A stretch of 64,000 nucleotides of DNA from Squalus acanthias (Eukaryota). The stretch lies in NCBI GenBank assembly GCA_030390025.1, contig CM059432.1, forward strand, positions 149,112,001-149,176,000, given 5' to 3'. A model generated the notes under the pieces. It was not told the DNA's origin. It made no database searches and worked only from the letters and a program-made list of their open reading frames with translations. Below, piece by piece: positions 13,135-24,997 of the stretch. Each line of letters starts with the position of its first letter. Position 1 is the stretch's first letter. A program made the position numbers and the translations under genes.

Positions 13135-13575
13135 ATCACAATGTAGATTTAAATGAGCAAGGCCAATTAACTCGTCTTTAAAACTGTAAAACAATTCTCC
13201 CCTTCCCCGCACAGTATCCAGTTATTTCTTAGTGATTCCAGGGTTTTTGCTTCCACTTTCCTACCAGGGACTCCATTTCCTGTATTGATCACTCTTTCTG
13301 AGAAGCAGAAGTTCTTGACATCAACCTTAAATTTGCCTTTTACTTGTTTCAACTTGCTTCCCTTTGTCCTCGTGTTACAGTTTAGTTTGAAGTAATTTTC
13401 TGACTTGGCTTTTCTTCACGATGTCTAAGACCACTTCTGTCATTTCTTTACAAGGCCGAAAAGTACAAATTTCTCTCGTCGTTCTTGTTCCTCAGTCCTT
13501 TGGCTCTTAACTAAACTGTTTCCAGGGCTTGAATGTCTCCCCTGTATCTTGGTGACCAGAAATATACAATACTTC
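13135..13575 (-). mobile_element. Highly decayed CR1 3' fragment
   Basis: FSERVINTGNGVP..VEAKTLES motif on the minus strand. Confidence 0.65.
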
Positions 13576-13577
13576 AA

Positions 13578-14515
13578 CAGAAGCAAAATAATGTGGATGG
13601 TGGAAATCTGAAATAAAAACATAAAATGCTGGAAACACTAAGCAGGTCAGGCAGCATCTGTGAAGAGAGAAACAGAGTTAATATTCAAGGGATGATGGTG
13701 CAAGGCAAAAGGGGGTGTTAATGGGACAAGAGAAGAAACAAAAGATGAGTCGAGAGGAGGTGTAAATAGTAACACCAGAACCATTACCAGCATGTGCTGT
13801 TCAAGAAAATGGGAGCAATGGTTATTATCTAAAGTTGCTAAACTCAGTGTTGAGGCTGGAAGGCTGCAAAGTGTCTAATGGAAAGATGAGGTGCTGTTCC
13901 TCAAGCTTGTGTTGAGCTTCATTAGAACAGTGCAGGAGGACTAGGACAGATGTCTGAGTGGGGCAGAGAATTCAAGTGGCAAACGACCGGGAGCTCAGTC
14001 AAGTTTGCAGACTGACCAGAGGTGTTCAGCAAAGCGAACACGCAATCTGCGTTTAGTCTGCCCAATGTAGAGGAGACCACATCGAAAACGGTATACTAAG
14101 TTGAAAGAAGTACAAATGAATTGCTATTTCACCTGAAAGGAGTGTTTGGGGCCCTGGATGGCGGGAAGGGAGGAGGTGAAAGGACAGGTACTGTATCTCC
14201 TGCGCTTGCACGCGCAGATGCCTTGGGAAGGGGAGCGGGTGTTGCAGGTGTTTGAAGAGAGGATCAGGGTGTTGCGGAGCGAACGGTCCCTTTTGGAGTG
14301 CTGAAAGGGATGGGGAAGGTGTGTTTGGTGGTGGCGGAAATGACCGAGGATGATCCGTTGAATGTGGGGACTGGTGGGGTGGGAGGTGAGGACATGATTC
14401 TGGGAGGGAGAAGAAGGGGTGAGGGTAGAGGTATGGGAAATGGGAAAGGTGCCGTCAACTGCAGTGGAGGGGAACTCCTTAGCTGAGGAAAAACAAAGAT
14501 CTATTGGAAGCACTT
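13578..14515 (-). mobile_element. Penelope-like element fragment: GIY-YIG endonuclease C-terminus plus terminal repeat
   Basis: Minus strand reads IQGPKHSFQVK*QFICTSFNLVY...CGLLYIGQTKRRL and HKLEEQHLIFPLDTLQPSSLNTEFSNF; ends in the shared cagcatctgtg-agagagaaacagagttaa repeat. Confidence 0.88.
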
Positions 14516-14547
14516 GTAAGCAATACTTGATGCTTGTTCATGTTAAA

Positions 14548-14875
14548 TTTCATCTCGGAACACTGGAGCAGGAGTAGGCAGCTCGAGCTTGTTCCGCCAT
14601 TACAACTCCATTTACCTGCCTTCGTTCCATATCACTGGATCCCCTTGCCTAAGAAAAATCTTATCAATCTCCGTCTTGAAAGCTCCAATTGTCCCACCAT
14701 CCGTAGCCTTTTTGGGAGAGTTTCAGATTTCTACTACCCTTAAAAGAGCTTCCTGGTTTCCCTCCTAAATGACCTAGCTCTAATTTTAAGATTATGTCTC
14801 ATCGTTCTTGACTTACACTATCAGAGGAAATCATTTCTCTGTATCTACGCTATCAAATCCTTTTAACATTTTAAA
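14548..14875 (-). mobile_element. Decayed CR1 3' fragment
   Basis: ggagcaggagtaggc 3' motif and reverse-strand CR1 C-terminal sequence. Confidence 0.7.
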
Positions 14876-15289
14876 TAAAATCTGCCATTGTTCTGTTCAT
14901 TTTGTCTAACTCATTTTGTTATCTCCTCACAATTAATAGGCTCTACTAATTTGACACTATCTGTTAATATGACCAGTTTGCTTTGATTTTATACTACTGT
15001 AGCATTGTTGTGAAGTGATTTACCTTTGCATTGACACTGCAGTTATACGTTACATGCAGGCTGAATCCAGAGTCTCCTCCCAATCTGAAGTCGGAGCCAA
15101 GTGAAGTGAGACTCCCTGGAGGAGATGGTCTCACTCTTATTGCTTTAGAGTCAGTTTGGTCGTTGACACCTAATTTACTAAGTTTAGCATTGGTGCAAAT
15201 TCAGACATACTTCACATCAACACTAAAGTTATAAACACTGATCTCTGTGGCACCCCATTTGATACCTTCGTCCACCTTAGACGCTTTCT

Positions 15290-18200
15290 AAGCACCTGGA
15301 AAGGGAGGGTGAAAAAACCGTTGTCGTGGTCTATGTTGGGACCAATGACGGGAAGGAACAGGAAGAAGGTCCTGCGAAGAGAATATCAGGAGCTAGGTGC
15401 TAAATTAAAAAGCAGGACCTCAAGGGTAATAATCTTGGAATTATTAGCCAAGCCATGTGCAAATTGGCATAGGGGCAAACAGATCAGGAAAGTAAATAAG
15501 CGATTGAAGGATTTGTGTGGGAAAGAGGGGTTCCATGTCATGGGACACTGGCACCAGTATTGGGACAGGAAAGACCAGTATCGCTGGCAACGGGCTGCAC
15601 CTGAACCGGGCTGGGGCCAAGGTCTGAACGAAATGGATAAATAGGTCTGTAGAAATGACTTTAAGCCAATAAGGGGGAGGGGGCGAGGGAGAGGCCTCAG
15701 CCAGAAAAAATAATATAAGTGGAAAAAAGCCTAAAGCTAAGAAAAGGGGATGAGCGAAGTCCGGATCATAAATAGTGTTAAGGATAAAATAAATATTTCA
15801 GATTCAGAAAAAAATAAGAAATAATAAGACAATAACTGATTTTAAAAAAAAACAGGAGTGATGAAAAACAAGGAGTGTTATAAATGTTTAAAAAGTATGA
15901 GGACAAACAGCATTAGGACCAAGGGCAGGGTAGGATGCCCAATAAGAGTTCTATACACAAATGTTGTTCGCATAAGGAATGAAACAAGTGAATTTGAAGT
16001 GCAAATTCAGCTTAAAGGGTCTGATGTAGTGGCCATCATTGAGACCTGGCTACAAGCTGGGTATGACTGGGAGGTAAATATTCCAAGGTACAAGGTCTTT
16101 AGAAAAGACAGGGAAATTGGAAAAGGAGGAGTAGCAATATTGATAAGACACTATTACAACATTAGAAAGAGGGGATATCAGTAAAGGTGAGCAGGCAGTA
16201 GAAACTCTCTGGGTAGAATTGAGGACTAGAAAATGACTTTGGTGGGAGTTGTCTACAGACCTGATAGCAGTGATGAAGTAGTGGGATGTATAAGTACGGA
16301 GATCAGATAAACTTGTTGCAAAAACAGAGTGGTTATAATGGGAGACTTCCATTTTCACACAGACTGGGAGAAGCAGAACAACTCGAGTCCCAAAAGCAGT
16401 AAATTTCTTCAGCGTGTTCGAGACAATTTTCTGTAACAATATGTTCTTGAACCAACAAGAGGACAGGCCATACTAGATTTAGTGATCAGGAATGAACTTG
16501 ATTTGTCAGCAATCTAACGGTGACCATAACATGATGGAATTCGATATTAGGTTTGAGAGGGCAAAGGGGTGAGTCACAAAGCAAGGTTTAAAATTTAGTT
16601 AAGGCTGACTTTGAAGGGATGTGGCTAAAATTGACCACAGTAAACTGGGCTGAACTGTGAACGGGTAAAACTGCAGATGAACAGTGGGAGGTATTCAAAG
16701 AAGTATTTGGTACAATACAAGATTTGTACATATCCCTAAAGGGCAAGAGCAGTAAATGTGTAATTATAAAAGAGAGATGATATAAAACTAAAAGGTCTTA
16801 CACAAATGCAAAGAATGGTGGAAATCCTGTGGACTGGGCGAGATATTAAAAAAAAAGCAAAGTGATCCAAAGAAAGTAGTAACAGCTGCAAAAAGGGAAT
16901 ACGAAAAAAACTTGCTGCATATCGAGGATAATGCTAAACGTTTTTACAAGTATTGTAAGAGAAAGAGGATGGCTAAGGGTAATGTGGGCCACTTGAAGAC
17001 AGACGCAAGTGATATTGTAATTGAAAATAAGGAAATGGCAGATTTGCTAAATAAATACTTTATCAGTCTTCACAGTCGAGGACGAGGATCAAGTACCAGA
17101 GATGTGAGGAAAACTAAAAATAATTAAGGGAAGGAACTTAGTAGATTTAATACAAGCAAAAAAATGGTAATGGAGAAAATAATGAGACTGAAGATGGACC
17201 AGTCTCCAGGACCTGATGGTTTCCACCTCAGGATATTAAAAGCAGTGTCCCAGGCCCAACCATCTTCAGCTGCTTAATCAACGACCTTCCCTCTATCATA
17301 AGATCAGAAGTGGGGATGTTCGTTGATGACTGCACAGTGTTCAGTGCCATTCGCAACTCCTCAGATAATGAAGCAGTGCATGCCCGCATGCAGCAAGACC
17401 TGGACGGCATTCAGGCTTGGGCTGATAAGTAGCAGGTAACATTCGCGCCACACAAGTGCCAGGCAATGATTCTCCCCAACAAGCGAGTGTCTAACAACTG
17501 CCCCTTGACATTCAATGGCATTACCATCGCCGAATCCCCCCTCATCAATATTCTGGGGGCCACCATTGACCAGAACCTTAATTGGACCAGCCACATAAAT
17601 ACTGTGTCAACAAGAGCAGGTCAGAGGCTGGGTATTCTGCGGCGAGTGTCTCCCCTCCTGACTCCCCAAAGCCTTTCCAACATCTCCAACGCACAAGTCA
17701 GGAGTGTGATGGAATACTCTCCAATTGCCTGGATGAGTGCAGCTCCAACAACACTCAAGAAGCTCGACACCATCCAAGACAAAGCAGCCCGCTTGATTGG
17801 CACCCCATCCACCACCTTAAACATTCACTCCCTCCACCACTGGTGTACCGTGGCTGCAGTGTGTACCATCTACAAGGTGCACTGCAGCAACTCGCCAAGG
17901 CTTCTTCGGCAGGACCTTCCAAACCCGCGACCTCTTCCACCTAGGGCAGCAGGCACATGGGAACACCACCACCTCCAAGTTCCCCTCCAAGTCACACACC
18001 ATCCTGACTTGGAAGTATATCGCCATTCCTTCATCGTCGCTGGGTCAAAATCCTGGAACTCCCTCCCTAACAGCACTGTGGGAGTACCTTCACATGGACT
18101 GCAGCGGTTCAAGAAGGCAACTCGCCACCACCTTCTCAAGGACAACTAGGGATGGGCAATAAATGCTGGCCTTGCCAGCGACGCCCACATCCCATGAATG

Positions 18201-18473
18201 AATTTTTTTTAAAAAAGTGACAAAATTGCTGATGCTTTAGGCATGATCTTCTAAAACTCTCTTGATTCAGGGATTACCCCCTTGGATTGGAAAATTGTCA
18301 ATGTTACTCTATTATTCAAGAAGGGTGGGAGAGAGAAACCAGGATATTATAGACCTGTAACTCTAACGTCTGTTGTGGGGAAGTTACCAGAATCTGTTAT
18401 TATGGACAGTGACTGAGCACTTGGACAAATATTAACTGATCAGAGAGAGGCAGCATGGATTTGTAAAGGGTAA
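15290..18473 (+). mobile_element. Old long CR1 LINE with ORF1 esterase (SGNH-like) remnant, APE endonuclease and RT start; interrupted at about 17241-18208
   Basis: VVVYVGTND..EYQELGAKLKSRTSRVII..EGFHVMGHWHQYW (ORF1); VLYTNV..DVVAIIETWL..VFRKDR..GGVAILI and VIMGDF (endonuclease); SPGPDGFH then YRPVTLTSVVGK. Confidence 0.88.
17241..18208 (+). mobile_element. Distinct CR1/L2-group non-LTR retrotransposon 3' fragment nested in CR1
   Basis: GPTIFSCLINDLP..MFVDD, ILGATIDQNLNWTSHI, QVRSVMEYSPIAW; 3' end cccacatcccatgaatgaat; higher GC than the host; the host CR1 frame resumes afterwards. Confidence 0.85.
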
Positions 18474-19416
18474 GTCAGTAGTAGGGAAAATGCTAGAATC
18501 TATTATTAAGGATGTGGTAACAGGGCACTTAGAAAATAATAATAGGATTGGGCAAAGTCAACATGGATTTATGAAAGGGAAATCATGTTTGACGAATCTG
18601 TTAGTTTTTTGAGGTTGTAACTAGCAGAATAGATAAGGGGGAACCAGTGGATGTGGCTAAGTGAGTGGGCAAGAACATGGCAAATGGAATATAATGTGGA
18701 GAAACGTGAAGTTTTCCACTTTGGTAGGAAAAATAGAAAAGCAGAGTATTTTTTAAATGGGGAGAGATTGGGAAATGTTGGTGTTCCGAGGGACCTGGGT
18801 GTCCCTGTACACGAATCACTGAAAGTTAACATGCAAGCAATTAAGAAAGAAAATGGTATGTTGGCCTTTATTACAAGAGGATTTGAGTACAAGAGTAAAG
18901 ACGTCTTACTGCAATTATATAGGGCCCTGGTGAGACCACACCTGGAGTATTGTGTACAGTTTTGGTCTCCTTACCCAAGGAAGGATATACTTGCCACAGA
19001 GGGAGTGCAACAAAGGTTCTCTAGACTGGTTCCTGGGATGGGGGAATTGTCCTATGAGGAGAGATCGAGTAGACTAGGTCTATATTCTCTGGAGTTTAGA
19101 AGAATGAGAGGTGATCTCACTGAAATATACAAAATTATAACGGGGCTTGACAGGGTAGATGCTGGGAGGATGTTTCCCCTGGCTGGGGAGTCTAGAACCA
19201 GGGGTCACAGTCTCAGAATAAGGGGTCGGCCATTTAGGACTGAGATGAGGAGGAATTTCTTCACTCAGAGGATGGTGAACCTTTGGAATTCTCTACCCCA
19301 GAGGGCTGTGGAGACTCAGTCGTTGAGTATATTCAAGACAGAAATCGATAGATTTTTGAATATTAAGGGATATGGGGATAGTGCAGGAAAGTGGAGTTGA
19401 GGTCGATCATCAGCCA
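18474..19416 (+). mobile_element. CR1 RT fragment with internal deletion
   Basis: QHGFMKGKSCLTNL..GEPVDV joined directly to LSEWARTWQMEYN; ORF 18651-19400. Confidence 0.9.
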
Positions 19417-20670
19417 GACAGGAAACAGAGAGTAGGAATAAATGGGTCTTTTTCGGGTTGGCAGGCGGTGACTGGTGGGTAACCGCAGGGATCAGTGCTT
19501 GGGCCCCAGCTATTCACAATATATGTCAATGATTTGGATGAGGCAACCAAATGTAATATTTCCAAGTTTGCTAACGACACGAAATTAGGTGGGATTGTGA
19601 GTTGTGAGGAGGATGCAAAGAGGCTTCAAGGCGATTTAGACAAGTTGAGTGAGTGGGCAAATACATGGCAGATGCAGTGCAACGTGGATAAATGTGAAGT
19701 TATCCACTTCGGTAGGAAAAACAGAAAGGCAGAGTATTATTTAACTGGTTCTGACGAAAGGTCATCGACCTGAAACGTTAACTCTCTTTCTCTCTCCACG
19801 GATGCTGCCTGGCCTGCTGAGTTTTTCCAGCGTTTTCTGTTGTTATTTTTTATTATTTAACTGGTGATAGATTGGGAAATGCTGATGTACAGAGGGACCT
19901 GGGTGTCCTTGTATACTAGTCACTGAAAGCAACATGCAGGTGCAGCAAGCAGTTAGGAAGGCAAATAGTATGTTGGCCTTCATTGCAAGAGGATTTGAGC
20001 GCAGGAGCAAGAATGTCTTACTACAGTTATACAGGGCCTTGGTGAGACCACACCTGGAGTACTGTGCAGTTTTGGTCTCCTTACCTAAGAAAGGATATAC
20101 TTGCCATAGAGGGAGTGCAGCGAAGGTTCACCAGATTGATTCCTGGGATGGCAGGACTGTCGTATGAGGAGCGATTGGGTCGACTAGGCCTGTATTCACT
20201 AGAGTTTAGAAGAATGAGAGGGGATCTCATTGAAACGTATAAAATTCTGACCAGGCTAGACAGACTGGATGCAGGGAGGATGTTTCCCCTGGCTGGGGGG
20301 TCGAGAACGAGGGGTCACAGTCTCAGGATACGGGGTAGGACATTTAGGACTGAGATGAGGAGAAATTTCTTCACTCAGAGGGTGGTGAACCTGTGGAATT
20401 CTCTACCCCAGAGAGCTGTGGAGGCCAAGTCACTGAATATATTTAAAAAGGAGATAGATAGATTTCTCGACACAAAAGGCATCAAGGGGTATGGGGAGAG
20501 AGCGGGAATATGGTATTGAGATAGAGGATCAGCCATGATCATATTGAATGGCGGAGCAGGCTTGAAGGGCCGAATGGCCTCCTCCTGCTCCTATTTTTCT
20601 TTGTTTCTATGAATAGCGGAGCAGGCTCGAGGGGCTGAATGGCCTACTCCAGCTCCTATTTATGTTCTTA
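19417..20670 (+). mobile_element. CR1 RT 3' half with doubled 3' tail, interrupted by a Penelope repeat at 19750-19850
   Basis: PQGSVLGPQLFTIYVNDLD, KFANDTK, LVRPHLEYC; 3' stem-loop motif present twice (20545-20600, 20610-20665). Confidence 0.92.
19750..19850 (+). mobile_element. Solo Penelope terminal-repeat insertion with minimal hammerhead motif
   Basis: ctgacga-a-aggtc-atc-gacct-gaaacgttaac at 19751-19782; 15-bp TSD tattatttaactggt at 19735-19749 and 19851-19865. Confidence 0.85.
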
Positions 20671-21589
20671 AAACACAAGTATGCTTTGCGAATTATCTAC
20701 CAGCAGTGGTATATAATTTATATTCTGATACTTCAGTTTTGTTCATCTTGAACTTCATTGCTTTAATAATTTCTCCATAATTAATTAAAGTTGTTAAGTT
20801 AATTCCCTTTCTGCTTTTGGGATTTAATTTCGAAAGCAATACATGCTCGGTTCATCTGCATTATATGTACTTGGCCATCAATTTGTCAGCTGAGTGCATA
20901 GAAATTTACAGCACAGAAGGAGGCCATTCGACCCATCGTGTCTGTGCCAGCATGACTGACTTTATATTTTTACTATTTCTTTCATTAATTGTCCACGTAT
21001 TGAGTTGGAAATTGGGAAGATCCCATTTGAGTAGAGGAAGAATTTACATCCTGCTTTATCAGGGCACACTACGTTTACACATCAGCACCCTGGGATTGTG
21101 CATCATGTTTGTGTATGTATGTGTGTGGTGTCTCTGCATTTAATCGAATCCTTATATTGTAATTGTTTTTTTATCAGCAGCTGGCTTCTGAGGTCTACCA
21201 AATACTGTCTAATGGACAGTGTGCGGAAAGGTTTTTCATCGTCATTCATGCTATTTATAAACATAATGTATGTGATGAAATATCACCATTTTTCTGCACT
21301 GGGATAACTTTTTCTTATTTAAGCTGAAAAGATTGTGGAAAACAACATTTGCTCCGAGTCAGAATGAATATTGGTGAGCTTTGAACAGCAGGTTTTTCCA
21401 AGAACTGTTGTTTCCCTGAAAATACCTAAAGTAATGTAGCCACTTCACAACCATAGATGGTGGGATGCAAACCCTGCAGAGCAGATGTGCATGGTTTAAA
21501 AAAAATAAAAATAAACGAGAAGAAAGCCTGAACAGTGTTGTTAATATTGCTTTGTGATCCACAGGGCTGCTCTATGCTCCTCCCCACCT

Positions 21590-21955
21590 GTGGTATTTGT
21601 GTTCAAATCCCTCCATGGCATTGCCCCTCCCTATCTCTAACCTCCTCCAGCCATATAATTCTCCCAGATCTCTGCGCTCCTCCAATTCTGGCATCTTGTG
21701 CATCCTTAATTTCCTTCACTCCACCATTGGCGACCTTTGATTGCCTAGGCCCTAAGCTCTGGAATTCCTTCCGAAACCTTTCCAACTCTCTCTCCTTTTT
21801 GTTGCTCCTGAAAACCGACCTCTTTGACCGAGCTTCTGGTCACCTGTCCTAATATCTCTGTGGCTCAATGTCAAAATTTGTCTGATAACGCTCCTGTTTA
21901 GCGCCATGGGACGTTTTACTACGTTAAAGGCTCTATATAAATGCAAGTTGTTGTG
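21590..21955 (+). mobile_element. L2 LINE 3' end
   Basis: SLHGIAPPYL / GPKLWNS / LLKTDLF motifs and tail aaaggctctatataaatgcaagttgttg; related copies at 47205-47545 (+) and 28495-28760 (-). Confidence 0.8.
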
Positions 21956-22080
21956 GTAGTTAAACACTCAGAGGGGGCTGTCACTCTAGTTCAGGTCACG
22001 CATCCCGCTTAAAACAAAAAAAAATCAAAAATTTACATGCAAGGGTGAGATGTAAGAATAATAAATTAAGAAAAACCTAT

Positions 22081-22835
22081 GCCCGGATTTTGCGGTCAGC
22101 GGCGAAGTGAAGGCGCTTGCCTCTGACATCGAAGAATGCTGTCCACAAAGATCTAGCTATCTCTGTGGCATGAATTTCACCTTTCCCAATGTTAATTTCA
22201 TACTGGCGACCTGTACAGGGGATCTCCAGAGTCCAGGAACAGTGATGTCATTAAGCATACTAAGCAGCCAATCACACTGAAGAATTATCACAGACAGCAA
22301 GCCAGGAAGTAATAAGCACTGATTATCCTTCACTTTTTAATCATTTTACGGAGAGCGAAATAAAGATTTGGATGTACACATGGGATTATGGTCGAAGCTG
22401 AAATATCAAACTTTAAATTTTTTTTATTCTTTTAGAAATCTATGAGCTTTTTCCATAATGGAGAAATTTGACATTCCACAAATATAAAATTAGTTTTTCA
22501 GGGCCAGAGTGGTTGTTCAGCAATAAATATGACTTAGAACGCTGTGAAAAAATCAGTTGCACTTCATTCAACAAGGCTTAACTTTAAGGGTTTTTGCAGC
22601 GTGAATAGTGTGTAAAAAGTGCAAGTTCACATCAATTCAGTGATTTTATTTGAGTTACATCTGTGAGGACTGCAACAGCGCACCCTGTGGAGGAGCAGGG
22701 TATCACTAACAACAACTTCAGGATTTCCGCGTTTAAATGCGCATGTGCAGACTCCCGACTTTGCTGTCAGTTTTACAAAGTAATGACAGTGAATGCTGAC
22801 AGTTTTGCTGTCATTACAACCGCAAATTCCGGGTC
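22081..22835. mobile_element. Non-autonomous DNA transposon (PIF/Harbinger-like termini)
   Basis: TIRs gcccggattttgcggt / accgcaaattccgggtc; whole body is the reverse complement of the 48440-49273 copy. Confidence 0.78.
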
Positions 22836-22879
22836 ATTGTTTTGAAGAAAGGTCGACACCCAAAGCATTAACTTGTCTG

Positions 22880-23064
22880 ATAGCAAAATACTGCGGATGC
22901 TGGAAATCCGAAATAACAGAAAACGCTGGAAAAACTCAGCAGGCCAGGCAGCATCCGTGGAGAGAGAAACAGAGTTAACGTTTCAGGTCGAAGACCTTTC
23001 GTCAGAAGGGTCTTCGACCTGAAACGTTAACTCTGTTTCTCTCTCCACGGATGCTGCCTGGCCT
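22880..23064. mobile_element. Young inverted Penelope terminal-repeat pair inserted into an older copy (about 22843-23170)
   Basis: 62-bp arms 22939-23000 and 23005-23066 with a 4-nt loop; 15-bp TSD gcattaacttgtctg at 22865-22879 and 23065-23079. Confidence 0.88.
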
Positions 23065-23492
23065 GCATTAACTTGTCTGTTCTCTTCACAGACGTTGACT
23101 GACTTGCTGTCTGTTACCAACATTTTCAGTTTTTCTCTGGCGTTCCCAGTATCTGTGGTATCTTGCTTTTTATATTGGTTTGAAAGAATTGGAAATAGAT
23201 CAAGTGCAGTAGACTAGTAGATTATTATTGAATTTTTGCTGTAAGTTTGTTCCACCCTATCCGAGCAGTCTTAAGTCCCAGCCCACATCCTCCACTCTTC
23301 TGACTCTAGATTACAGCTTAGTCTCACTTTTCAGTAGTTACGCTTCTGCTCTTGGAAACTCTGCCAAACCACTTTAATTCCTCATTTTGTGTCATCAAAG
23401 GCCTCCTGGAAATCTATATCTCTGGCCATGCCTTTGGTGTCTTCATTTAATTTCTTTGTTTCATGAAGTGCTCTGGGATGTTCCTGGGTGAA

Positions 23493-23890
23493 AGGGGTGG
23501 GGGGAGTGGGGCTGTGGGCGGGCAGGGTGGGGTTTCTGGGGTGGGGTGGTTGGTTTGGGGGGTGGGGTGTTGGGGCGGCGTTGTGGTTGTGGGGCGGGGG
23601 TGGTTGTGGAATGGGGTTGCGGGCGGATGGGGTGGTTGGTTTGGGGGGTGCGGTGTTGGGGCAGCGTTGTGGTTGTGGGGCGGGGGTAGTTGTGGAATGG
23701 GGTTGCGGGCGGATGGGGTGGTTGGTTTGGGGGGTGGGGTGTTGGGGCGGCGTTGTGGTTGTGGGGCGGGGGTAGTTGTGGAATGGGGTTGCGGGCGGAT
23801 GGGGTGGTTGGTTTGGGGGGTGTGGTGTTGGGGCGGCGTTGTGGTTGTGGGGCGGGGGTAGTTGTGGAATGGGGTTGCGGGTGGGTGGGT
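23493..23890 (+). repeat. G/T-rich minisatellite, 86-bp unit, about 4 copies plus G-rich leader
   Basis: ggggtggttggtttggg recurs at 23543, 23629, 23715 and 23801. Confidence 0.93.
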
Positions 23891-24997
23891 GCTCATGCAA
23901 CTGTCAAATTCTTAAGCGGCTTGAACCAAGCCTTGGGGATTCATGGCCAGTCACTATTCCTCTGTTGATCTCTGATTATTATTTGTTTCCCATCCAAGTA
24001 GTTTTCGCTTCAAATGTAGAAGTTCTATCACCTTACTCATCATTTTCTCTTGCAAATGTTGGGAACCAGTAAATCTCCAGCTATCCAGTTAGAATGACTA
24101 CCAGAGATACATTGCCAAAAGCAGCTTTATGTAATGATGTAATTGACTACTTTCTAAAGGTCCCACTTCAGGTAAAGCTGTACAGCACGGGTGAATTTAA
24201 TTAAAGTTAACCCTCTCGCTTTTATTTCGCTTTCTCCCACCTCCATGTGAGAAAATAGTGCTGATCATCTGATTGCTCTTGGGAAGGCAGTTTTTTTGTG
24301 TGCTTCGTCTGTGACTTTTAAAGTTGTCACAAGTTTTAAATGCATGTGTTGGATAATGCAGTCGGTAACCATTTTTTTGTTTTCTTGTAGTATTTACATA
24401 AAAGCCACAAGTCTAATTTTTGTTTGTACAAACAATGGTATTTTAATGGGGAATGTTTTGCGTGCAATATTGTATCTTTAATTGTCTTGGGAAATTTTGC
24501 TTTTCTTTGTACTTGTGAAAGAGAATGTTGATCAACAGGAAAGCATTTTGAAGATTCAAAATGTGAATGGACAGAAAGCATTGGCTGAGCCATAGTTCAA
24601 GTCCATTGTTGTTCTCACCAGCTGTATCTCAGAGCTGGAAGGTGTGGGTATTTTAGGCCTATAATTTTCTTGCATTGGTTTTGTCCTGAACCAGGTCATT
24701 GAAAGTCACAAAGGCAGAGGTTTCCCGCAGGGCGTGAAGCCTCCCAAGGTCATTCACGGAGCCCCTCCTGGAGAGCAGTTACAGAGCAGACAAGGGCATT
24801 GTTTTGTAGCTGGAAAACAATACCTGGAAAATGGAATTCCTTTTACTACATTTTGTTTCTACATTTTACAAATGTCTCCAGTTTTTTTAAATTACTTACT
24901 ATATTTACATATTTAACTCCAAAGTAATTTATTATTGGGCACACTGAATTTTTAACATTTTTCTGCTGTTTTTCTTCTGTTGCCTTTCTTTCTCTTA

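Noticed and set aside
23382..24072. Pro/Thr/His-rich and Gly/Trp/Val-rich ORFs on both strands
   Set aside because: Translations of the 86-bp minisatellite, open only because the low-complexity unit lacks stop codons
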